Shown piece by piece: positions 7,816 through 15,406 of a DNA stretch of 25,044 bases. The notes below the pieces were generated by a model. The model was given only the letters and a program-made list of their open reading frames with translations, made no database searches and was not told the DNA's origin. Made by a program: the position numbers and the translations under genes. Source of the DNA: Candidatus Micrarchaeia archaeon (GTDB lineage Archaea > Micrarchaeota > Micrarchaeia > Micrarchaeales > Micrarchaeaceae); contig JBMFWY010000011.1 in assembly GCA_049964795.1 (NCBI GenBank), positions 1 to 25,044 of the forward strand, given 5' to 3'. The stretch's first letter is position 1. Each line of letters opens with the position of its first letter.

Positions 7816-7959
7816 TCATGAAAGGATTAGAGAAATAAGCCTTGAGAAAAAACCGTGCTTTTTGTTATGCTGAACTTCCGCTTCAACGGGATAGCGTATG
7901 TCCCATATGCGCCCCGGCACCTTCTCCACTACCTTAATTTTGTTTTGCATTTCCTGCAT
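7816..7959 (-). CDS. Small 47-aa protein not in the ORF track (MQEMQNKIKVVEKVPGRIWDIRYPVEAEVQHNKKHGFFSRLISLILS)
   Basis: Translated by hand. Strong RBS AAGGTGA 4 nt before the ATG, starts 14 nt after the stop of the upstream minus-strand gene, and fills the gap to 2 nt from the scpB stop. Confidence 0.7.
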   Translation of the reverse strand: MQEMQNKIKVVEKVPGRIWDIRYPVEAEVQHNKKHGFFSRLISLILS

Positions 7960-7973
7960 GCTATCACCTTCAT

Positions 7974-8276
7974 TTATTTTTGCTGCCAGTGCCTTAGGTT
8001 GTAATAGTTAAGCGAAAGGTTATACCTGTTTTTCAGGCTCTCTGCTATTTCTTTTCCAAGATCCGCGCACTGGTCCAAAGCCGTCGCCCTTACAATAAGC
8101 CCGTATGGCGTTTCTTCTATACTAACGTTCTCTATTCCGCTTATGCTAAGCAGCTTCTGCGAAAGACCTTTGGCACTAAATCCCGCAAAAGGTTTTGCGA
8201 ATAGAAAACTGTGTACGCCCTTGCGCGAAGACGTCATATTTTTTTTCGGAAAATTTTTAACGGCCATAAAAATCAT
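7974..8276 (-). CDS. Small protein resembling a stand-alone Lrp/AsnC ligand-binding (RAM, ferredoxin-like) domain
   Basis: Beta-alpha-beta-beta-alpha pattern: SFLFAKP / AKGLSQKLLSISG / IENVSIEE / YGLIVRA / DLGKEIAESL; no HTH. Start 8276 or 8267. Confidence 0.65.
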   Translation of the reverse strand: MIFMAVKNFPKKNMTSSRKGVHSFLFAKPFAGFSAKGLSQKLLSISGIENVSIEETPYGLIVRATALDQCADLGKEIAESLKNRYNLSLNYYNLRHWQQK

Positions 8277-8296
8277 GTTTTTTGTGAAACAAGCAT

Positions 8297-8506
8297 TCAG
8301 AACAAGTTTGCAGGAGCAGGAAGGAACAATACGTAAAATTTAATGTGCCAGGTGGGAGAAGATCTTTGACTGCGATAAACTGCCTTATGCGCAACGGGCA
8401 TTGCAAGCTTTTGGGTTTTGGGGAATTGGCTGCTTTTGACAGCAGAAGAAGCATCAGTGCCATAGAGGTACGCACCGGCGTTTTCTATTCCGCGTTCATT
8501 GACCAT
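8297..8506 (-). CDS. Small hypothetical protein (69 aa from MVNERG)
   Basis: AGGTGG RBS just upstream of ATG 8506; first ORF downstream of the minus-strand TATA box at 8573-8580. No family recognised. Confidence 0.5.
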   Translation of the reverse strand: MVNERGIENAGAYLYGTDASSAVKSSQFPKTQKLAMPVAHKAVYRSQRSSPTWHIKFYVLFLPAPANLF

Positions 8507-8570
8507 TCCCCCACCTGTTCGGCCAGCCAAGGCAATAAGCCTTGTCAAGCACGCTTATTATTACAGAGGC

Positions 8571-8589
8571 ACTATATAAATAGCCTTTG
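8571..8589 (-). promoter_or_regulatory. BRE-TATA promoter of the small-gene operon
   Basis: Minus strand reads CAAAGGCTATTTATATAGT. Confidence 0.55.
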
Positions 8590-8653
8590 AATATATCTGT
8601 ATTTGTTTAATTACATATATATGCAAAATTGATGCATATTTTAGATTTTCTTT

Positions 8654-8745
8654 TATTACTAATACATTGTTGAGCTTTTACAACAATAAAGTTTTACTAA
8701 TAAGTAATCAAATATAATAATAGAAATGTTTATATATTAGTAATA
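8654..8745. promoter_or_regulatory. Operator-like region plus BRE-TATA of the Lrp-like gene
   Basis: TATTACTAATA (8654-8664), TTACTAATA (8694-8702), inverted copy TATTAGTAATA (8735-8745) overlapping the TATA box TTTATATA (8729-8736); inverted repeat ATTGTTG-N8-CAACAAT (8666-8687). Confidence 0.55.
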
Positions 8746-8759
8746 ACTAAATTGCAAAC

Positions 8760-10139
8760 ATGGAGCTGCCAGATAAGATAAAAGAGGCGATAGAAGAGCT
8801 GAAGAAGAGACATAGCCATAGCGTAGTTGCGAAATTCTTGAAAGGCAACTACTATGCCTATGAGGTATATACAAAATGGGATCCCCTCATTAAAAGGCGA
8901 AGGACTTATTCGCTATACCTTGGCAAGATAGAACAAGACGGCGAGCTTATACAGCCCCATAGAAAATTGGATATAACACGAGGCGCGAGAAGCGTGGAAG
9001 GGTATGCAAGGGCAAAGAGCGAGAAACAAAGCATAAAAGAGCATGAAGGGAATAAAGAAGATATAGCCATACTAACCGCTTTGAGCACAAATGCACGTTC
9101 GTCCTACGAAGAAATAGGCAAGAAGGCAGGCATTTCCGCACAAGCGGCAAGGCGCAGGATAAAGAAACTGGAGGAAAAGTATGCTATTACTTATACTATT
9201 GACACACATGCGGCGCTTAACTTTGGATTTTATAGGTTTATAATAACAGTTAAGTTTAACGGAAGCAAAAGGCCGCGCAAAGAGGAGATAAGGAGGGAAC
9301 TTGAGAAAGAACCTAGAGTACAGCTAGTAATGAGTACAAAAGGTGAATTTGATCTGCTTATATACGCGCTATTCGAGAACACAGTAAAACTAGACGATTG
9401 GCTTTACGGACTGAGAAAATCGGAGGCCTTTGCCAACTTGGATGCGGATTGGAATGCTTCTTACTTTCTTATATCCAACGGCCTTGTGCCTTTGCGGGAT
9501 GAATTCTTCGAGATAGTTAAAGAAAGGGTATGGCATAGAACCAGAGAAACGCCAAGAAGAAAGGAGGGGGAGATATTCTATAGGGAATACGCGGTACTTA
9601 GGGCCCTGAATAAAAATGGGGTAGAAAAGTTCAACGAAATAGACAAGGGGTATGGACTGAGGAAAGGAAGTGCAGATTATACCTTTCAAGAACTAATGCA
9701 AAAGAAGGTAATAAGGCGCGTTACGATATCAATGGGCAATCTGCCAATCAAATATTTTGCAATAATTAGGGTAGAGATCCAAAATATGGAAGACTTTCTC
9801 GCAAAAGGTAAAAACTACTTTCTTTATATGATGCAGGACAAAGGCATGCTCACAAACAAAGTTATAATCTCGGGAGATATAGGCGCGCCGTATAGCATGA
9901 TAAGCGTTCATCCTGTATATATGGAAGAAGGCCTTGATAAGATAGAAGAGGATATTTATGGAATGCTGAAAGGAGTAAAAGTAAGCAGCACCATAGTTTC
10001 GGAGATAATATTGGGAAGTATTTGCCTAAACAAATTAGAAACAGTGGAGATGCCAATATACGAGTTCCTAAAGAAGGAGTACAATTTAAGCGATGAAGAG
10101 GTATTGCAAGAGATTAGGAGTTTAGATCAATCTGATTAA
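8760..10139 (+). CDS. Large Lrp/AsnC-family regulator: N-terminal transposase-like beta domain plus tandem (wHTH-RAM)x2
   Basis: DIAILTALSTNARSSYEEIGKKAGISAQAARRRIKKLEE (AsnC HTH), VQLVMSTKGEFDLLIY (RAM), second HTH EYAVLRALNKNG...SADYTFQELMQKKVIRRVTI, and a degenerate second RAM. Confidence 0.85.
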   Translation: MELPDKIKEAIEELKKRHSHSVVAKFLKGNYYAYEVYTKWDPLIKRRRTYSLYLGKIEQDGELIQPHRKLDITRGARSVEGYARAKSEKQSIKEHEGNKEDIAILTALSTNARSSYEEIGKKAGISAQAARRRIKKLEEKYAITYTIDTHAALNFGFYRFIITVKFNGSKRPRKEEIRRELEKEPRVQLVMSTKGEFDLLIYALFENTVKLDDWLYGLRKSEAFANLDADWNASYFLISNGLVPLRDEFFEIVKERVWHRTRETPRRKEGEIFYREYAVLRALNKNGVEKFNEIDKGYGLRKGSADYTFQELMQKKVIRRVTISMGNLPIKYFAIIRVEIQNMEDFLAKGKNYFLYMMQDKGMLTNKVIISGDIGAPYSMISVHPVYMEEGLDKIEEDIYGMLKGVKVSSTIVSEIILGSICLNKLETVEMPIYEFLKKEYNLSDEEVLQEIRSLDQSD

Positions 10140-10407
10140 GGATCGGTACAAAAGCTTGGCAAATTGCCAATTTAAACACTTGACTAAATAGGAATACCAC
10201 TATATACAATATGCACAAAGTAAAATAAGATAAAAAACAATAGCTCGCATTTGCCAGCTTTAACTTTTATAAAGTAGAATATCTGCGCAGTTTACGCGTC
10301 TCCTCCGCCGGGTCCTCTCATTTTATTCACCACAGTTTTAACATTGAATGGAAATCTTTAAATACTTTTGCTTAAACTATGACACATTATTAGAACAGTA
10401 TAAAGCG

Positions 10408-10959
10408 TCAATAGTGGGGGTTCGCTTCTTCTACGCCCTCTTTCTTATTCATGTAAAGAGCCGCAACAAACAGGTAAGAAGAAAGCCGGTTTAGATAGGG
10501 AAGAGTATTGATGCTGTTCTTGTACTTTGGGATAATTTTTACCACACACCTTTCGGTCCTGCGCGCAATCGCTCGTGCTACATGCAGATAGGACGATGCC
10601 TCAGAGCCTCGTGGTAAAACAAAATTTTTCAGGCCCGGCAGCCTTGAGGCGAGATCCTCGATTGCTTCTTCAAGTGCCCGAACTGCTGGCCTTCCCAGCT
10701 TTCTCTTTGGAGCAAACCTGCTGTTTATGCATGCCGCAAGCTCGGCGCCAGCTATAAAAAGGTTCTCCTGGGCGGCTTCGAGCTGCTTTGCTACTTTGTC
10801 ATCATCTATGCTCAACAATGCAAGGCCGATGAAGCTGTTTAGCTCATCTATGGCGCCGATAGCTTCGATTATTTCGCTGCCTTTGTATACCTTCTTTCCT
10901 AGCATGATGGAGTACCCCGCATCCCCCGTGCCCGTATAAAATCTTGTCATGTTTTGCAT
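10408..10959 (-). CDS. pduO: PduO-type ATP:cob(I)alamin adenosyltransferase
   Basis: YTGTGDAG, GAIDELNSFIG, FVLPRG, LHVARAIARRTER, YLNRLS-YLF motifs; start 10959 or 10950. Confidence 0.93.
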   Translation of the reverse strand: MQNMTRFYTGTGDAGYSIMLGKKVYKGSEIIEAIGAIDELNSFIGLALLSIDDDKVAKQLEAAQENLFIAGAELAACINSRFAPKRKLGRPAVRALEEAIEDLASRLPGLKNFVLPRGSEASSYLHVARAIARRTERCVVKIIPKYKNSINTLPYLNRLSSYLFVAALYMNKKEGVEEANPHY

Positions 10960-11194
10960 ATTAGAAAGTTAATAATAAAAGTGTTCGCAGGCATAGCAAG
11001 AAGGCACTTTTGAGAAACAAGAGCGGCAGGCGCATGACCACATACTGCTTATAAAAGGTGTAAAAGCGTTGATAAGCAGGCAAACAGCAAATACCTTCAA
11101 AAGAAGCTTCAGAACCTTTCACGTGCAATCGAGGTAATGCAAAATAAGGGCTTTTGCCGGCAAAATCATGCAGAAGGGGCAAACACCCCAATAA

Positions 11195-11210
11195 CGAAAA
11201 GCTTTTAAAT
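11195..11210 (+). promoter_or_regulatory. BRE-TATA promoter of the TRAM gene
   Basis: CGAAAAGC-TTTTAAAT, canonical archaeal BRE/TATA about 70 nt upstream of ATG 11280. Confidence 0.65.
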
Positions 11211-11279
11211 CTAAACATTTACTAATAACACCATACGGAGTAATGCGACATCGCTAATTCTACGTATAGGAAAGATAGA

Positions 11280-11558
11280 ATGGAATTCGAAGGAGATGAA
11301 GAAGGAAATGAAGAAAGGAGAGAATCTAGAGGAGGAAGAGGAGACATGAGGGTGAAATCTGCCTATTTCCTGCCAAAGCCCGTAAAGGTCGGGGACGAAC
11401 TTGAAGTGTCCATAGATGCGGTTGGCTCTAAAGGAGATGGAATCGCAAAAAAGGATGGGTTTGTCATCTTCGTAAAAGGAGTAAAGCAGGGAGACAAGGT
11501 AAAAATTAGGATAACAGATGTGAAGGCAAGATCTGCAATAGGAGAAGTCGTAGCATAA
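11280..11558 (+). CDS. Single-TRAM domain protein (archaeal RNA chaperone type) with an acidic/RGG N-tail
   Basis: PKPVKVGDELEVSIDAVGSKGDGIAKKDGFVIFVKG...GDKVKIRITDV. Confidence 0.93.
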   Translation: MEFEGDEEGNEERRESRGGRGDMRVKSAYFLPKPVKVGDELEVSIDAVGSKGDGIAKKDGFVIFVKGVKQGDKVKIRITDVKARSAIGEVVA

Positions 11559-11740
11559 TCCTGATTTTTCTTTTATTTTATTTTGTTATTTTATATTAAA
11601 AGCTCCATTTCATTTTTGCATATTTTATGTTTTATTTAATTCTATAGCTGTTACGGCTAACGCTTTTTGAAGCGACAACACATACTTTATTTATTTTTGT
11701 GCTCCAAATCATCTAAGCCAAAGCTTAGAAAGGGATATGC

Positions 11741-14194
11741 GTGATAGATGCAAAAGTTTTTAACAACGAAACCGCGGAAAAATGGAACGCGTATTGGAAG
11801 GAGCACAAACTTTTTATGTTTGATGAAAAAGCGGATAAGCCCATATTTTCGATAGATACGCCGCCGCCTTTTGTTACAGGAGAGCTTCACCTAGGCCAGG
11901 GTTTTTGGGTAGTATATATAGATTCAATAGCAAGATACAAAAGGCTGGCCGGATTTAATGTGCTGTATCCTCAAGGATGGGATACGCAAGGCTTTCCAAT
12001 AGAGATACTTGTAGAGAAGAAATTTGGCAAGGGAATAGGGAGGGAGGAATTTTATAGGAAATGCGCCGAAATAGCCCTTTCCAACATAGAGGTAATGAAA
12101 AATGAGATGAAGAAGCTCGGCGCCAGCTTCGACGAGAGATATGAGTACAAAACTCTCGAAAATAGCTACAGGGCGAAGGTCCAGCTTTCTTTGCTCGAAA
12201 TGTATAAGAAAGGATTCGTATATAGGGCGATGCATCCCGTTGAATGGTGCCCGCACTGCGAAAGCAGCATAGCAAGGGAAGAGACTACAGAAAAGGAGGA
12301 GAAAACATCCTTGAATTACATAGAATTTGACATTGTAGGAAGCAAGAAAAAGCTGACAATAGCCACTACAAGACCTGAGCTAATGCACGCATGCGTCGCG
12401 ATAGCTGTAAACCCGAGCGATGAGAGGTATGGCAAGCTTATAGGCAAAAAAATAGAGGTGCCTATATTCAACAGCAAAGTAGAGGTAATAGGCGACGAGG
12501 GCGTCGAAAAGGATTTCGGCACAGGAGCGGAGATGGTGTGCACCTTCGGAGACAAGAACGACGTGATCATGTACTACAAGCACAAGCTCAAGCTCATAGA
12601 CGCAATAGACTCAAAAGGAATGCTGAAGAATGCGGGAGAATTTTCAGGGCTTGCCGCAGAAGAAGCAAGAAAGCGTATTTTAGAACAGCTAAAGAATGAA
12701 GGCAGGATCACAAAGCAGGAAGAGATAGTGCATTCCTACAAAGTCCATGACAGATGCAAAACTAAGATAGAGCTAAGATCAGAGATGCAGTGGTTCCTGA
12801 AGACAAAGGAGAATGCACAAAACATAAAATCGATGGCGCACGAGATGCATTGGTATCCTGAGACGCTGAGGCAGAAGCTTGACGACTGGGTAGACTACAT
12901 AGAATGGGACTGGAACATCTCGAGAAACAGGATTTTTGGCACGCCGATACCCTTTTGGTACTGCGAGAATGAAAAATGCGGCAACGTCATACTTCCAGAA
13001 GAAGGCGCGCTGCCTGTAAATCCCGCCTTGCAAAAGCCGCCGGTTGAAAAATGCCCGAAGTGCGGAAGCAAGGTAGTTGGCGAAACAAACACATGCGATG
13101 TTTGGGTTGACTCTTCAATAACGCCGCTTGTAGTTGCAGGATGGCCGAACAAGGGATTTAAAGAAAGATTCCCGATTTCCGTAAGGATACAGGGAGAGGA
13201 CATAATAAGGACATGGCTTTTCTACACTACTTATAGGGTTTGGGCGCTTACAGATGACAAGCCTTTCGAAAACATTATTGCTACAGGCATGATACTGGGC
13301 ACTGACGGCAAGGAGATGCATAAGAGCGAAGGCAATGGCGTTGGAGTGGAGGAATTGCTTGAGAAATACAGTGTAGATACAGTCAGGCTTTGGGTTGCAC
13401 TGAGCGGCAGCGTAGGCAAGGATAAGCCCTTCTCGTACAAGGAAGTGGACTATGCAAGAGGATTCGTAAACAAGCTTTACAATACCGCGCTGTTTGTTAA
13501 AGGCGCGCTAGAGAGGTCAAAGCTGCCGAAGGAGGAACCTAAGGAGCACATGGGCTTGCTTGACATATGGATGCTACACAGGCTTAACAGCGTAATAAAA
13601 GAGGTGAAAAGCGCATATGAATCGTTCAACCTCTACGAAGCCATGAACAAGCTCATCACATTCTACTGGCATGAATTTGCGGACTATTATATAGAGGATG
13701 TCAAATACAGGATATACTCCGAAGACAAAAAGCTCGAGGGCAGCAAAAAGGCTGCGATATACGTATTGAATAAGGTAGTGGAAGATTCGCTCAGGCTTTT
13801 TGCACCGGTTATGCCGTATATTGCGGAAGAGATCAACGAATGGTTTGGCAGGAGAAGCCTGTTTGAAGGCTCTCTTCCGCAGCAATTCGAAAAGCTTGAG
13901 ACAAGAGACTATGTCATAAACGGATTGCTCTTCGAGGAAGGCTTTGTCGATGTAGACTATGAAGGCATAGGCGCGTTCATAAACAACATAATCGCTGAGG
14001 CCAGAAGGATAAAGTCGGAGGCGCACATGCCCCTCAATGCAGAGATACCGATAATAAATATAAATGTTCCTGAAGCATATTATAAAGCTGTAAGCGCGAG
14101 CAAAGAGGACATAAAAGGCATATGCAAGGCAAAAGAGGTAAAGGTAGAAAAAAGCAGCGAATATTCTGTTTCGATACCTTTAGGCAAAGCATGA
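11741..14194 (+). CDS. valS: Valyl-tRNA synthetase (archaeal type)
   Basis: IDTPPP, HIGH-like HLGQ, GWDTQGFPIE, ATTRPE editing motif, GTGAEMVCTFGD, WNISR, DVWVDSSI, QGEDIIRTW, KMSKS-like EMHKS; GTG start. Confidence 0.96.
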   Translation: MIDAKVFNNETAEKWNAYWKEHKLFMFDEKADKPIFSIDTPPPFVTGELHLGQGFWVVYIDSIARYKRLAGFNVLYPQGWDTQGFPIEILVEKKFGKGIGREEFYRKCAEIALSNIEVMKNEMKKLGASFDERYEYKTLENSYRAKVQLSLLEMYKKGFVYRAMHPVEWCPHCESSIAREETTEKEEKTSLNYIEFDIVGSKKKLTIATTRPELMHACVAIAVNPSDERYGKLIGKKIEVPIFNSKVEVIGDEGVEKDFGTGAEMVCTFGDKNDVIMYYKHKLKLIDAIDSKGMLKNAGEFSGLAAEEARKRILEQLKNEGRITKQEEIVHSYKVHDRCKTKIELRSEMQWFLKTKENAQNIKSMAHEMHWYPETLRQKLDDWVDYIEWDWNISRNRIFGTPIPFWYCENEKCGNVILPEEGALPVNPALQKPPVEKCPKCGSKVVGETNTCDVWVDSSITPLVVAGWPNKGFKERFPISVRIQGEDIIRTWLFYTTYRVWALTDDKPFENIIATGMILGTDGKEMHKSEGNGVGVEELLEKYSVDTVRLWVALSGSVGKDKPFSYKEVDYARGFVNKLYNTALFVKGALERSKLPKEEPKEHMGLLDIWMLHRLNSVIKEVKSAYESFNLYEAMNKLITFYWHEFADYYIEDVKYRIYSEDKKLEGSKKAAIYVLNKVVEDSLRLFAPVMPYIAEEINEWFGRRSLFEGSLPQQFEKLETRDYVINGLLFEEGFVDVDYEGIGAFINNIIAEARRIKSEAHMPLNAEIPIININVPEAYYKAVSASKEDIKGICKAKEVKVEKSSEYSVSIPLGKA

Positions 14195-14284
14195 GGTGCA
14201 AGCCTGGGCTATTAGGCTTTGCTTTGGCGCATAATATTTATTTGTTGCTGAAAAATTATAGGCTTAACTCAAACAGGTATTTAA

Positions 14285-14755
14285 ATGGCTAAAATGCATA
14301 CAAAAAGGCATGGAAAGGCAAAATCCGTCAAGCCTCCGCTTGAAAAGCTGGGAAATGTAAAGCTGAGCGAAGAGGAGTACAAAAAGGCAGAAGGCATAAT
14401 AATTGAATACGCAAAACAGGGCATGAGCGCTGCGATGATAGGCGAAAAGCTGAAGAAAGAGCACAGCATAAAATATGTAAAGGCTATGATGGGCAAGAGG
14501 CTCTCAAAGATACTCAAAGAGAACAAGCTTTATGGAGACATGCCCCAAGACCTGATGGATTTGATGAAGAGGGCGGTTGTCTTGCACAAGCATTTGGAAA
14601 GGAACAGGCATGACGTTTATGGCAAGACCAGGCTTCAAAGGATAGAATCAAAGATACTAAGGCTTAGCAAGTATTATGTCAAAGAGGGCGTTGTGCCGGC
14701 TGAATGGAAGTATGACCCCAAGCAGGCAGAGCTTCTAATAAAGAGCAAGGCGTAA
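14285..14755 (+). CDS. rps15: 30S ribosomal protein S15 (uS15/S13e)
   Basis: MAKMHTKRHGKAKS...P-DL--LMKRAV-L-KHL...LQRIESKI-RL-KYY...WKY. Confidence 0.97.
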   Translation: MAKMHTKRHGKAKSVKPPLEKLGNVKLSEEEYKKAEGIIIEYAKQGMSAAMIGEKLKKEHSIKYVKAMMGKRLSKILKENKLYGDMPQDLMDLMKRAVVLHKHLERNRHDVYGKTRLQRIESKILRLSKYYVKEGVVPAEWKYDPKQAELLIKSKA

Positions 14756-14757
14756 AC

Positions 14758-15324
14758 ATGGCAACACAAAAAGGAATGGACAAATGGAAAAGCAAAAGAT
14801 GGTACACCGTTTATGCGCCTGCGGTATTCGAAAAGAAGGCTGTAGGAGAGATACCTGCAAACGACGAAAAGAGCGTAAAGGGCAGGAACGTAAAGGTCAC
14901 GCTCAGCAACCTTACAGGAAATCCTGAGCATTCCTATACGAACGTAATTTTCAAGATAACTGAAGTAAGCGGCAATTCTGCCAATACGAAGCTTGAAAGG
15001 ATAGAGCTTCCGTACAGCTACACAAAATCGATAGCGAAGAAATTCAGGAGCGTGTTTGACGCAATAGTCAAAACTAAAAGTTCCGATGGAACTACCTTTG
15101 TAGTAAAAGTAATAGGCATAACGGCAAGAAAGTCTGCGCATGCAAAGATCCAGGCTATGAGGAAGGAGCTTACAAGCTTTACAGAAAAGTTCTTTGCAAG
15201 CGGCACGGCAGATGAAGGGATAAAGGCAATAGTTGAAAAGAGGTACCAGGAAGGCGCCGCTGCGCTTCTAAAAGACATAGTGCCAGTGAATAACCTTGAA
15301 GTAAAAAAACTTGAATTGCTTTGA
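14758..15324 (+). CDS. rps3ae: 30S ribosomal protein S3Ae (eS1)
   Basis: DKWKSKRWYTVYAP-VF, GRNVKVTL--LTG, C-terminal I-P---LEVKK. Confidence 0.95.
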   Translation: MATQKGMDKWKSKRWYTVYAPAVFEKKAVGEIPANDEKSVKGRNVKVTLSNLTGNPEHSYTNVIFKITEVSGNSANTKLERIELPYSYTKSIAKKFRSVFDAIVKTKSSDGTTFVVKVIGITARKSAHAKIQAMRKELTSFTEKFFASGTADEGIKAIVEKRYQEGAAALLKDIVPVNNLEVKKLELL

Positions 15325-15406
15325 ACGGAAGAGTTGGGGCTAGAGGCTTCTTTTGCATTTGCAATTGAAGCTTTGGCTGCCCGCATGTTCTTACAAAGGT
15401 GCTATT

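Noticed and set aside
8760-10139. Intact IS element or transposase
   Set aside because: Only a short N-terminal similarity; no DDE/HUH catalytic domain and no terminal inverted repeats identified.
5816-10195. Shared 11-mer TAAATAGGAAT at 5816-5826 and 10185-10195
   Set aside because: Very AT-rich, does not extend, and would enclose core genes (scpAB); probably chance.
10960-11200. Possible cobalamin riboswitch upstream of pduO (minus-strand GCGCCTGCC resembles the B12-box end)
   Set aside because: The other conserved elements (GGGAA, GCCCCCGCAACTGT, GCCACTG) could not be found.
10961-11218. 85-aa minus-strand ORF in the track
   Set aside because: Leu/Phe/Cys-rich composition typical of the antisense of A-rich DNA, overlaps the TRAM promoter, no RBS or motif.
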